The notes under the pieces are model-generated. The model was not told the DNA's origin and did no database searches. It saw only the letters and a program-made list of their open reading frames with translations. Positions 50,039 to 60,278 of a stretch of DNA of 64,000 bases are shown here, one piece after another. Positions within the stretch are counted from its first letter, which is position 1, and each line of letters starts with the position of its first letter. This DNA comes from Candidatus Poribacteria bacterium. GTDB lineage: Bacteria; Poribacteria; WGA-4E; WGA-3G. The DNA lies in NCBI GenBank assembly GCA_965198235.1, contig OZ240248.1, positions 832,001 to 896,000 on the forward strand, written 5' to 3'. Made by a program: the position numbers and the translations under genes.

Positions 50039-50434
50039 ATGGCGAATCAAAAACACGACCTGGTTGAATACCCCATCCAGGATAACGTCCGGTTAGAATC
50101 ATACTGGCGTGACGATGCCGGTGGACGCGGTCCTGCGGCATCGTTATATGTTTACGACGATGAGATTATGCGTTTCGACTGCTTCGGCGGTGATAATGGA
50201 CACTGCCACTTCAATTTACGACAGACACGCGGTAGACGGTGGATGTACCCGGAAGGCTCTTTCCAAGACCACATTCAGCAGAGCCTGTTCGATCTCCGTG
50301 CAAATCTGAACTTCTGTCTCCAAACCCATCAAGATGAAAGGGTTCAAGAGGTACAAGTAGAGCAGGCGAGCTTAGAACAGGCAACCCACCAAATGGAAGC
50401 ACACTTGTTAGTACTTGCTGACAAACTGCAGTAG
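50039..50434 (+). CDS. Hypothetical protein
   Basis: RBS AAGGAGG; RFDCFG...GHCH motif; family not recognised. Confidence 0.7.
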   Translation: MANQKHDLVEYPIQDNVRLESYWRDDAGGRGPAASLYVYDDEIMRFDCFGGDNGHCHFNLRQTRGRRWMYPEGSFQDHIQQSLFDLRANLNFCLQTHQDERVQEVQVEQASLEQATHQMEAHLLVLADKLQ

Positions 50435-50548
50435 AATATCGGGTGAAAAATGCAAGCAGCAAGCCAACAACGGAGGCTTGCGGAACTTATGTTAAAACCG
50501 CGGTTAAACCAATTCCGTTGTTTCTCGCTTGGCGCAAGGACAGAAAAC

Positions 50549-52135
50549 ATGAAAGTCGTGACCGCGGCGGAAATGCGCCAGATCGATCAGGACACTATTG
50601 AAGGTATTGGCATTCCCGGCATCGTTCTTATGGAAACCGCTGGGAGTGCCATTGTCCGCGCGATTGAACGGCACTATCCAACATGTCAACGGATTGGCAT
50701 TTTTGCGGGTAAGGGTAATAACGGCGGCGATGGAATCGTCATCGCACGCCAACTCGCCCACGTAGGGCGCGATGTGCGTCTCTTCCTCGTCTCCCCGCCA
50801 GATAGTTTCACCGGTGAGGCACAGCTCAATCTTCAAATCGCGAAAAACCTTGGATTGCGAATTGAGGAAATCCTGACGGGGATAGCATTTGAATCTGACA
50901 CCTCCAGAGACAGCAACACCTTCTTAAATCACATCGCGGGTTGCGAACTTCTTGTAGATGCGATTTTGGGCACAGGGTTGCGTGGTGACGTGCGCGATCC
51001 AATCGCCACCGTAATTAATGCTATCAATAGGCTTCCCATACCCATCCTTTCCGTCGACCTACCCTCCGGTCTGGACGCAGACACAGGACATCCGTTAGGC
51101 ACCTGTGTTCGAGCGGATCGAACGGTAACGATAGGCTTGCCTAAAAGAGGGTTGTTGATGCATCCGGGTGCTGAACTCGCCGGAAAACTGGAAGTTGTTG
51201 ACATCGGTTTCCCAGAACAGGTTGTAGACGCACAAGACATCAAGGTAAATTGGACATCAGCAACGCAAGCGGTACAATGGATGCCACCGCGTCCGCTATC
51301 TTCCCACAAAGGGAATTATGGACGCGTTCTTGTCGTCGCAGGATCGATAGGTATGACAGGGGCTGCTGCACTCGCAAGCGAAGCGGCTTTGCGCGCCGGG
51401 GCAGGGTTGGTGACACTTGCAACACCGAGACATCTCAACCCAATCTTAGAAGGGCTTTTACCTGAGGTGATGACCCTACCGCTGCCAGAAACGGACGCGG
51501 GGAGTTTGGCAGCATCCGCGACCTCAGCTATCCTCGAATTTGCGGAAAAAACGAAATCAATACTTGCAATCGGTCCAGGGCTTTCCCAACACCCAGAAAC
51601 AGTGTCATTCGTCCATCAACTGATACGCGAGAATCAGGAACGGGGACTCGACTTACGGATGGTTATCGATGCGGATGGATTGAATGCTCTCGCGCAAGCC
51701 AGAGAAACCATCTCATTACTCGACAGCGAGGCGGTGCTTACACCACATCCCGGCGAGATGGCGCGGTTAACGAATACCGCAGTGTCTATATTAGAAAAAG
51801 ATAGGATCGGTACCGCCCAGCAGTTTGCAAGTAAATACGGTGTAACACTTGTATTTAAAGGGGCACCGACTGTTACCAGCGACCCAAACGGAAATCTATG
51901 GGTAAATTCAACAGGTAACCCCGGCATGGCAACAGGGGGTATGGGCGATGTGCTGACAGGGATCATCGCGGGATTAATGGCGCAAGGCATACCGAGTGAA
52001 AGTGCAGCTGCGCTTGGTGTCTATATACACGGCTTAGCGGGAGACATCGCCGCGGAGAGATTGGGGATGCATGGACTCACCGCAAGCGACGTGCTAAAGG
52101 CAGTGCCACAGGCAATTTCTTCACTGATACGGTAG
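50549..52135 (+). CDS. nnr: Bifunctional NAD(P)H-hydrate epimerase/dehydratase
   Basis: LMETAG, GKGNNGGDG, DAILGTG, DLPSG, SHKG.YG, GPGL, DADG, TPHPGE, GGMGDVL. Confidence 0.95.
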   Translation: MKVVTAAEMRQIDQDTIEGIGIPGIVLMETAGSAIVRAIERHYPTCQRIGIFAGKGNNGGDGIVIARQLAHVGRDVRLFLVSPPDSFTGEAQLNLQIAKNLGLRIEEILTGIAFESDTSRDSNTFLNHIAGCELLVDAILGTGLRGDVRDPIATVINAINRLPIPILSVDLPSGLDADTGHPLGTCVRADRTVTIGLPKRGLLMHPGAELAGKLEVVDIGFPEQVVDAQDIKVNWTSATQAVQWMPPRPLSSHKGNYGRVLVVAGSIGMTGAAALASEAALRAGAGLVTLATPRHLNPILEGLLPEVMTLPLPETDAGSLAASATSAILEFAEKTKSILAIGPGLSQHPETVSFVHQLIRENQERGLDLRMVIDADGLNALAQARETISLLDSEAVLTPHPGEMARLTNTAVSILEKDRIGTAQQFASKYGVTLVFKGAPTVTSDPNGNLWVNSTGNPGMATGGMGDVLTGIIAGLMAQGIPSESAAALGVYIHGLAGDIAAERLGMHGLTASDVLKAVPQAISSLIR

Positions 52136-52192
52136 AACAATCGTAAAACACGCGATATTTGGAATACAATAACAAAACCGCAAGGAGGAATT

Positions 52193-52975
52193 ATGGAACT
52201 CGGATTAACTGGAAAAGTTGCCGTCATCACTGGTGGCAGCGAGGGAATCGGTAAAGGGATCGCGCTTCGTTTGTGCCAGGAAGGCGCGAAAGCCTCAATT
52301 TGTGGGAGACGTGAAGATGTTTTAGCAAGTGCCGCTGAGGAGATTCGAACACAAACAGGCAACGAAGTCCTCACAATTCCCGCAGATGTAACGAAACCGG
52401 AGACGCTGGAAAATTTTATCGGACAAACAGCAAACCATTTCGGAAAGATCGATATTCTAATCAATAACGCCGGCCGTTCAGCAGGTGGTGACTTTGAAAC
52501 CATGAGTGACGAGGCGTGGTATGATGACCTGGACCTTAAGTTAATGGGTGCTATCCGCTGTGCGCGATTAGTGATCCCACACATGAAAAGCAACGGCAGC
52601 GGCAGGATTATCAACATCACGCATCCCGGAGGCAAACAGCCCAGTGCAGGTTCCTGCCCGACTTCAGTTAGCCGGGCGGCAGGTATCGCTCTGACGAAGG
52701 CACTTTCTAAGGAGCTTCTACCTCACAAAATCCTGGTTAACACGGTTTGCCTCACCTCGATTAAGAGTGCACAAGGGGAACGCGCATGGAAAGCAGTGGG
52801 TTCACCAGGGACGATCGAGGAATATTGGGAAGAACGGGGCGCGGAGCACCCACTTGGGCGTTTAGGTGAACCGAGTGAGGTGGGTAACCTCGTCGCGTTC
52901 CTTGTTTCGGAGTGCGCATCGTTTATTACAGGTACTGCGATCAACATTGATGGTGGACTTTCCGCGGTGGTATAG
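52193..52975 (+). CDS. Short-chain dehydrogenase/reductase
   Basis: TGGSEGIG, NNAG, PLGRLG, ITG..I.IDGG; atypical active site (no YxxxK). Confidence 0.9.
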   Translation: MELGLTGKVAVITGGSEGIGKGIALRLCQEGAKASICGRREDVLASAAEEIRTQTGNEVLTIPADVTKPETLENFIGQTANHFGKIDILINNAGRSAGGDFETMSDEAWYDDLDLKLMGAIRCARLVIPHMKSNGSGRIINITHPGGKQPSAGSCPTSVSRAAGIALTKALSKELLPHKILVNTVCLTSIKSAQGERAWKAVGSPGTIEEYWEERGAEHPLGRLGEPSEVGNLVAFLVSECASFITGTAINIDGGLSAVV

Positions 52976-53003
52976 AAAATTTCTCATACACACTGAAAAA
53001 ACC

Positions 53004-53035
53004 GGGCGGTTCTAATCCCTTGGACCGCCCTTTTT
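53004..53035 (+). terminator. Intrinsic terminator
   Basis: gggcggtt..gaccgccc followed by ttttt. Confidence 0.65.
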
Positions 53036-53216
53036 GGTTTAACTCGCAAACTATAGTGAATTATAGAAATAACTCTCACTGCGAGGCAATTTCAATAGCA
53101 GCGAAACCCCGCCCCCCGCTGGCGAGGTTTCCTAACCTCGCCTCACAATATCTAAGCACGTGAAAACTTCACCATAAAACCGTTGATACAAACGTTTGTA
53201 ACTCACGGAGGACATT

Positions 53217-53627
53217 ATGGAAAACTATGAAATCTATCCCGTCGCAGCGGCAGACGCATCAACTGCCTTTCAAGTGGAACTGGATCCGCGTGCGATCGCG
53301 GCATCAGAAGAACTTGAAAACAGCAGGGCACAAGGCACTGACAGAGAAGAAATTCTACAGAAACACCTCGGTGCCGATTATGAGAAAGGCTACCGAGGTA
53401 CGGCATGGAGTTTACACGGCACCTCTGAAGGGTTGACCCCAGCACGCTTAGCAGTTTTGCTGGAAGCACACGGTGAATACTTCGACCCCTGTGCTGAACG
53501 AGAAACGTTCGACCACAGCCTGATGGTTAACGTCGAAGAAGAATTAGCGTCGCAGTTAGAAGATATTCCTGAATCTATTTTAGAGGCAATTGTTGAGGCA
53601 TATAAGACTGAACTGTTAGGCACATAG
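53217..53627 (+). CDS. Hypothetical acidic protein
   Basis: 136-aa ORF with RBS GGAGG. Confidence 0.7.
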   Translation: MENYEIYPVAAADASTAFQVELDPRAIAASEELENSRAQGTDREEILQKHLGADYEKGYRGTAWSLHGTSEGLTPARLAVLLEAHGEYFDPCAERETFDHSLMVNVEEELASQLEDIPESILEAIVEAYKTELLGT

Positions 53628-53761
53628 CACAATCGCTTTTACACAAATTATTTTTTGGAACTTTTCCGAGCAGGATGTGTGTTACAAAGTATTGAGGGCA
53701 CAAATATCCGCTTTACAAACCAAGGTATTGCCCTACAGTTTAGGCTAACGAAGGAGACGTA

Positions 53762-54388
53762 ATGACGCTCATAGGACTTACGCATTTCCTCTTAAAGTCC
53801 CCCTGATAAGGGGGATTTAGGGGGTTAAATACGACTTTTCAGCAAAATATACCGTTCCTCTGTTCAATTTGCGTAAGTCCTGGCTCATTCAAAAAGAGAT
53901 GATGCATCATATTCTCAGCGTCCGATTTGTTGCACTCCTTTTGATGTGCCTCTTGCTCATTCCACTCACCTTACATATCAATTACCACAACTACCTCCAA
54001 AACCTCGTCGACTATCAAGAAGCCGTTAAACTGGCGAACATCGAAGAAACGACAATGAACCCGAAGATGGAACTGAAACCGGAGTTAGAAGTCTCTAAAC
54101 TCTTTCTCAAACCGACACCATTGAGTGTCTTCGCAAATGGATTAGGGGATGCCCTACCGAACTACCTTGGAATGACGCGCAATGGAATTACCCAAGGCAC
54201 TCCAACTTTAGTCTCAGATTCCCTTTCCTAAGAAGATACTGTCAAAATTACACAGCCGCCACCTTTGGAGATTACAACCTTAGGTGAGACATTCCGTCAA
54301 TCCGCAGTCGAATGTGCTATTACTTTGCTTCTTTGCGGTTGTGTTGACAACCGCCGCTTTCCTGAAATTCTTCCGTTCCGACATTTAA
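53762..54388 (+). pseudogene. ABC-2-type permease pseudogene (MITE insertion, internal deletion, frameshift)
   Basis: Removing the MITE restores MTLIQKEMMHHILSVRF; stop at 54231; C-terminal remnant ...LLLCFFAVVLTTAAFLKFFRSDI* ends at 54388. Confidence 0.8.
53772..53882. mobile_element. IS701-type MITE with 5-bp target duplication
   Basis: GCTCA|taggacttacgca...tgcgtaagtcctg|GCTCA. Confidence 0.9.
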
Positions 54389-54514
54389 CTTAACCTCCCC
54401 GCTGCGCGGATTACAGACAGAAAAATCCTCCTATTTCCCTACCCCGCGTAGTTTTTACTATCCTTTTCATTTGAAGTGTCTCTAATAGACAAACCCCAAC
54501 TTTTAGGAGACACC

Positions 54515-54645
54515 ATGCTACGAACACTTATCCGCCAAGAACTCCTATCCCATCTGATGAGTGCTCGGTTTTTCGCTGCCGTTGCGATTACGCTTCTACT
54601 CGTTGTCGCCAATGCTGTCGTGCTTCTTGAAGACTACGAGCGTCG
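54515..54645 (+). pseudogene. Second ABC permease, truncated after ~44 codons
   Basis: RBS AGGAG; MLRTLIRQELLSHLMSARFF...DYERR, then the junction to the IS remnant. Confidence 0.75.
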
Positions 54646-54861
54646 ATTTCTGAGGCGATCTCCTGCAAGATACCGATTTATCTGATCATGACTAAAACTC
54701 TCACTGTCGTCTGCGAAATGAGTCAGTGTATAATTGATAGGCGTGCTGAGTAGATAGTGACAGGAATCCAGACGGCTCGGTCTAACCATTTTTATTATCC
54801 TCCTCACACACTATATTACGGGTTCCGGGAGGCTATGTCAAACATTATTGCGTAAGTCCTA
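54646..54861 (-). mobile_element. IS701-family remnant: left IR, promoter and transposase N-terminus
   Basis: Minus strand TAGGACTTACGCA, TTGACA-17-TAATAT, GAGGAGG, ATG 54789: MVRPSRLDSCHYLLSTPINYTLTHFADDSESFSHDQINRYL. Confidence 0.8.
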
Positions 54862-55111
54862 ACCATTTAGATCAACATTCAGATTTCTACGATTTTTTTC
54901 AAATCATGCAACCTTTCTCCCCCTAAAACGCGTCACTATGACATAAGCCAAAATATTATTTGATGGCTCGACCTGAAAAATAGTATGAAGGGATACAACG
55001 CCACTTAGGTTACAGTAGTAAAGGCACAGAAAAGACATGAATCTTAGTTGAAAACACCATAGATTTTTGGTATCATATATGGAAAGAAAAATCAACCGTA
55101 GGAGGAACCCG

Positions 55112-55837
55112 ATGTTAGAAACCCGTGACCTCACGAAAGTTTACAATGAAAGCGTTTTAGCCGTCAACAAACTGAACCTGAAAGTAGATGACGGCGAAAT
55201 CTATGTCGTCCTCGGTGCGAACGGTGCCGGGAAAAGCACGACCATCTCTATGCTGCTGAACTTCATCGAACCTACAAGCGGCACCGCGCTGATAGACGAC
55301 ATTGAGATCCCGAAGTTCCCACTCGAGGCGAAGAAGCATCTCGCTTACGTCTCGGAGAACGTCGAACTCTATCGAAACTTTACAGCACGGCAAAACCTCT
55401 CCTTTTTCGCGAAACTCGGTGGACGCAAGAAGGTATCAAACGAGGAACTTGATGCCACACTTGGACGTGTCGGTTTACCAGAAGAAGCCTTCACGCGACG
55501 CGTCAAGACCTTCTCCAAAGGAATGCGACAACGCTTAGGTATTGCTATCGCGATCATGAAGAACGCGCAAGCCGTCCTACTCGATGAACCGACTTCGGGC
55601 TTGGATCCGAAGGGCGGTGCCGATTTCCTGAATCTCCTCCGTGAGTTGAAAGAGGAAGAGAAAGCCATCTTCATGTCCACACACGACATCTTCCGTGCGA
55701 AAGAGATTGCCGACAGGATTGGGATTCTGGTGGAAGGTAACCTTGAACGTGAGTTAACACGCGAAGAGATTCAAGAAGAAGATCTCGAAGCACTGTACCT
55801 GCACTATGTTGCTGGATACGAACCTGAAGAAGTTTAA
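55112..55837 (+). CDS. ABC transporter ATP-binding protein (ABC-2 type)
   Basis: GANGAGKST, FSKGMRQR, LLDEPTSGLDP, STH. Confidence 0.95.
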   Translation: MLETRDLTKVYNESVLAVNKLNLKVDDGEIYVVLGANGAGKSTTISMLLNFIEPTSGTALIDDIEIPKFPLEAKKHLAYVSENVELYRNFTARQNLSFFAKLGGRKKVSNEELDATLGRVGLPEEAFTRRVKTFSKGMRQRLGIAIAIMKNAQAVLLDEPTSGLDPKGGADFLNLLRELKEEEKAIFMSTHDIFRAKEIADRIGILVEGNLERELTREEIQEEDLEALYLHYVAGYEPEEV

Positions 55838-55968
55838 ACCGAACTGAGTTAGAAGGGTGAAGAAATATGGATGGATGGAAGCAAAGGCGGAAGCATGGAA
55901 ACCGTTTGGAAGGAAGAGACGCAGAAGCCCGTATCCAATTCTCCAATCTTCCAGTTTTCCAGTCTTTG

Positions 55969-58209
55969 ATGCTTGCGCTGATATTTATGAGCGCGATAGG
56001 GATATTGCTGCCCGTTCTACTGGCAGCGGAGTCGGAAGAGATCCCGCCCGTTAACGATAACAATCCGAAAACCAAAGAGGAACAGAGCCGTCAAATCTTG
56101 ATAGAAGTCGAGCGCCTGAAGATGGAATTGGCAGAGAAATTGATGAATAAAAAGCAGGTTGAACTCGAAAACCTCAAGGCGATGATGATGGAGGATAACA
56201 ACATCGTCACTGTCTCCGAAGTCAATAAAGCAGAGGAAGCCTACGAACGTGCCGTCGATGAATACGAACAGGCAAAACTGACGCTGCAACAGACAGAGCT
56301 TGAGTCACTGAAAGATGAGTGGCATATCACCGTTGAAAAAACAAGACTCTATGAATCCGGCGATGGTCGGGAGTTGTTCTCAATTACTCTGCGGAATAGT
56401 TCGTCCCCCGTCAAACTCATTGAAAGCTCGAAAGTGCTGGAACGAGAAATTATCATCAGCGCACAGATTGACGACATCTTCGTCTCGATTAAAGAGCAGG
56501 AAAGTTATGGCGCAAGTGGGGCGATTATCACCGAACCTTACGAACAACGGATTGAGACGCTCAAAGAGGGTGAATCTGTCACTTTAGAGTTTGAACTCAT
56601 AAAAGAGAATGTGCGAGATGTCGTCGTAGAGTTGACGTACTCGGGTCGTGAGGATCAGAAGAATATCCACCTCAAACAGGAGGATCCATATATCTCCGTC
56701 GTATCGGCGAGGCGTTACAAACAGGGCGACCGCCGACGCCTGGAAGTCGTTCTCACGTATGGTGCGATCACGAGTGAGACAGAGGAAATAGACACCAACA
56801 CAGCACAAGAAATCAACAACGTCTATGTCTCTATCAAAGACGACACTGAATCTATCATCGGTTTTCCTTACGAACATCGCATTCCAACACTGAAAAACGG
56901 ACAGGAGAAAACCCTCGATTTTGAACTACGGCGAAATGTTGACAGTCTCATTGTCAGTCTGAAATACCTTGACCAGGAAATTCCCTATAAAATCCATCTC
57001 GAGGAGGACACACGCCACATCTCTATCCTCAGTGCGAAGAAGTTTCGCATCGAGAACCAAATGATGGTGACGATCCAGTTGAAAAACACCTCCACGACAG
57101 AAGCAATGCCGAGTGATGCAACTCCTGAAGAGATTGCAGCAGCAAACGAGATTCGCTCCATCTATGTCTCCTTACTTGATGTCACTGATGACACGAACAT
57201 CGTTAAACCGTATGAAGAGAAAATCCCGGTGCTCGGTTACAATGAAACCGTGGAATTGACGTTTCAACTCCAGAAAGATGTCGAGAGCCTGAAGGTATCA
57301 CTGGATTATCCCGAACTTGCTGAACCCGAAACGCGACTTATCTATCTGCAAAAAGAATCCGCGCTGGATGTGGTCAATGTCAGTTCGCTCCGCTTTTCGC
57401 AGGAAGGGAACTTAGGAAGCAGCGTCACCTATGATTTGACGCTCGATCGATTGGCAGAGACAGAAAATACATTCCAGTTGCGTGTCATTAACCTCCTGAA
57501 CCGCCTCTCCTTTGAATTCCAAGACCCAGAGACGAAATCTCGGCAGTCTCAGGTGAAGTTTACACAAGAACAATCAAAGCGGAATCTATCGTTGATTGTC
57601 TATCTACCGGAGGAATTGGATGCCTCCTATCTCGATAGCACGCTTGAGTTCTACGTCGCTGTGCTTGATGAAGCGGAAGCCAATGAACTCAGTGGTGTCA
57701 ACAATCGGTTGGATTTACCTGCCGATAGGATTGCGAGTATCCAAGGGGGTGTCGAGCGGTTTGAGCTGATTCCAAAGGGTGTACCGGAGATTGAGGTATT
57801 CGTGCCGAACGCGTTCCAGACAATCAAGATAGGTGAAGAGGTCAACATGACAGCAACGCTAAAGAACATCGGCACCCGCGACCTCATTGACATCCGCATG
57901 CTTGTCGATGTCAACACCGATTGGAAATACACGGTTATCCCCGAAGTCATTGGCTCATTGGCACGGAACGAGGAGAAGGAGATCCAACTGACGTTGAGTC
58001 CCCCTGCGGACATCGGAGTGGGGGAATATCAAGCAAAGTTGAACGCCGAAGTCACCGTGGATAACCGTAAGTTTGAGGCACGCGACCGTTCCATCACGGT
58101 GCAAGTTGAGTCTCAGACGCAAATGTCGGTGACGACGCTGCTGTTCGGTGCGTTGATACTCTTGATGATTGCGATTGTTATCGTTACAATCCGCATTAGC
58201 CGACGTTGA
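55969..58209 (+). CDS. Membrane-anchored protein: coiled coil, three internal Ig-like repeats, NEW3-like domain, C-terminal TM
   Basis: Three ..I.VS....I..PYE.RI..L......L.F.L repeats; LKNIGTRDL..W...P..I.SL....PP.DI.VGEY; start uncertain (ORF open from 55867). Confidence 0.75.
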   Translation: MLALIFMSAIGILLPVLLAAESEEIPPVNDNNPKTKEEQSRQILIEVERLKMELAEKLMNKKQVELENLKAMMMEDNNIVTVSEVNKAEEAYERAVDEYEQAKLTLQQTELESLKDEWHITVEKTRLYESGDGRELFSITLRNSSSPVKLIESSKVLEREIIISAQIDDIFVSIKEQESYGASGAIITEPYEQRIETLKEGESVTLEFELIKENVRDVVVELTYSGREDQKNIHLKQEDPYISVVSARRYKQGDRRRLEVVLTYGAITSETEEIDTNTAQEINNVYVSIKDDTESIIGFPYEHRIPTLKNGQEKTLDFELRRNVDSLIVSLKYLDQEIPYKIHLEEDTRHISILSAKKFRIENQMMVTIQLKNTSTTEAMPSDATPEEIAAANEIRSIYVSLLDVTDDTNIVKPYEEKIPVLGYNETVELTFQLQKDVESLKVSLDYPELAEPETRLIYLQKESALDVVNVSSLRFSQEGNLGSSVTYDLTLDRLAETENTFQLRVINLLNRLSFEFQDPETKSRQSQVKFTQEQSKRNLSLIVYLPEELDASYLDSTLEFYVAVLDEAEANELSGVNNRLDLPADRIASIQGGVERFELIPKGVPEIEVFVPNAFQTIKIGEEVNMTATLKNIGTRDLIDIRMLVDVNTDWKYTVIPEVIGSLARNEEKEIQLTLSPPADIGVGEYQAKLNAEVTVDNRKFEARDRSITVQVESQTQMSVTTLLFGALILLMIAIVIVTIRISRR

Positions 58210-58340
58210 GGAATGATTTGCTTCGCAGTGAGAACAGTCAGTAGTCAGTAGTGGGTCTGTGGCAGTTCCGAACATTTTCCCTGCCACAAAAATCTCTTAT
58301 CGACGGCTGACGGTTTCCGATGGTTTCCGATAGCCAATAT

Positions 58341-59720
58341 ATGGAGATTGTAGTGAACAAGAGGTTAACAAAAGTATTAGCGGTCTGCCTATTTTTTACT
58401 ATCGGGAGCACCATTTCAGCGCAGCGGCTGGTCATACTGCAGCCAGCACGCGCTATCGAACTCGCGCTACAGAACAACGAGGTGGTGAAAAAGGCGGAAA
58501 AAGTGGTGGAACGCGCCAAGGCACACCTCCGTGTGTCCAAAGCCATTTACCTACCACAAGTGGGTGTCACCGGCGAATATCAACGCCAAAAAGACGGCGA
58601 TATCGATGAAAGAGACTATCTCACTCGCGCACAAGCCAGTATGCTTCTCGTACAATTCGGCGAAATCCCCGAAAGTCTTGACGCTGCGCAGGAGGATGTC
58701 CGTAAGGCAGAGATTGAATACGAACGCGCAAAAAAGGAAAGGGTTTACGCCGTTCGGAATCTCTGGCATAATATCATCCTCACACAAGAAGAGATTCAGC
58801 AACGTCGCGCGATTGAGGTGGAACTGAATAAAAAATTAAAAGGCACGCAAATCAAGCACGCAGAAAAACGGATCCCTTTCCTCAGCCGCCTCAATACGGA
58901 ACTTGAACTCTCCGAACAGCAGCTTGCGCTCAACGAACTTCAACGACGGCTTGATGTGGACACTGCGGAACTTATCAGTCTCATCGGACTCGATCCGCTG
59001 GTACAAGTTACCCTCTCACAACCCCTTTCTGATGACGACATGACACTGGAAACTGCCGTAGAACTCGCACTCGCAAACAACCTTGACTTACGCGACCTAC
59101 AAGGCGATATCGTTCGTCAAGAACGTCTCGCCGTAGAGACACTCTGGAATCGGTTCCCCGATATCTCTGCTGAAGCACGCTACAAGGACCTCCATCTGAT
59201 GTTGGAACAACACCAACAGAACCGGACTTGGGACGCAACGGCACTCTATGATCCGGTGATACTCGACCGTGAGCGAGATACGTCAAGCATTTTTGAAACA
59301 AACCCGCGTACACGAGACGGATGGGAAGTGCGTTTCAACTTCAATATCCCGTTATACGACGGGAAAAAAACTGAGAATCTTCGCGCCGTAGAAATCGCTG
59401 AACTGGAGCGACTCCAGCTGGCGTACGTCGAAATAACCAAGTCAATCCGCGTAGAGGTGCGACGCGACTACCGTGCCGTGGCGAATGCCAAAGAACGGAT
59501 GGAGATCGAAGAAAAGCGCGTGAGAATCCGCGAGCAACAGTTACGGACGATAGAGCGCGTGCTTGATGAAGTCACCGTTGAAATACCCGGGTATCAGAGT
59601 CTAACCTACAACGACGCGTTTCAAACACAAGCAGAATTTACAGAGGCACAACGTGTCTTTTATCAGGCACGTCGAGATTACGCCAAGGCAAAGGAAAAAC
59701 TCCGAGAAACAATTTTTTAG
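58341..59720 (+). CDS. TolC-family outer-membrane efflux protein
   Basis: AIELALQNN, YLPQV, TLETAVELALANN, FNIPLYDG; start may be GTG 58353. Confidence 0.85.
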   Translation: MEIVVNKRLTKVLAVCLFFTIGSTISAQRLVILQPARAIELALQNNEVVKKAEKVVERAKAHLRVSKAIYLPQVGVTGEYQRQKDGDIDERDYLTRAQASMLLVQFGEIPESLDAAQEDVRKAEIEYERAKKERVYAVRNLWHNIILTQEEIQQRRAIEVELNKKLKGTQIKHAEKRIPFLSRLNTELELSEQQLALNELQRRLDVDTAELISLIGLDPLVQVTLSQPLSDDDMTLETAVELALANNLDLRDLQGDIVRQERLAVETLWNRFPDISAEARYKDLHLMLEQHQQNRTWDATALYDPVILDRERDTSSIFETNPRTRDGWEVRFNFNIPLYDGKKTENLRAVEIAELERLQLAYVEITKSIRVEVRRDYRAVANAKERMEIEEKRVRIREQQLRTIERVLDEVTVEIPGYQSLTYNDAFQTQAEFTEAQRVFYQARRDYAKAKEKLRETIF

Positions 59721-59779
59721 CGATGTGCCTCCGGTCACTGCTCCATTACATTCCGCTGCCCCTTCCCAGTAACGGGTGG

Positions 59780-60257
59780 GGACCGTGAGGCAGCAAAAGA
59801 CCTCTGCCAAGAGGTGTTTTTGAAGGCGTGGCAGGCACTGCCGAACTTCAAGGGACAATCCGTATTTTACAGTTGGCTTTACCAGATTGCTGTCAATCGT
59901 AGTATTGACTTTCTTCGCAAACAAAATAGACAACATGTTATAGGATTTGAGGAATTACCTCAGAATGCCGACGATACACTTCAAATGACAGAGGCGCAAC
60001 CTTCACCTTGTGTGCTTCTCGAAAGGAAAGAACTCGAACACATCATCCGCAAAGCCACCCATCAGTTACCTCTTAGCCAACGTAGTGCTTTTTACCTACG
60101 TCATTGGGAGGGACTCCCGATAAAAGAGATTGCCTTACGCTTGGGCAAGTCGGAGAACACCGTTAAAACATACCTACACCACGCCCGTCGGAAACTCCGG
60201 AATATGCTCCTTCCCTACCTACAAAACGAACCTCTTGCATGGTACACGAAAACTTGA
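59780..60257 (+). pseudogene. ECF sigma factor, N-terminally truncated
   Basis: AKDLCQEVFLKAW...YSWLYQIAVNRSIDFLRK and region 4 LP..QR..F.LR..EGL.IKEIA..LG.SE.TVK; the start of region 2 and an RBS are missing. Confidence 0.7.
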
Positions 60258-60278
60258 ATCCAAAGGTACCTACCAAGG

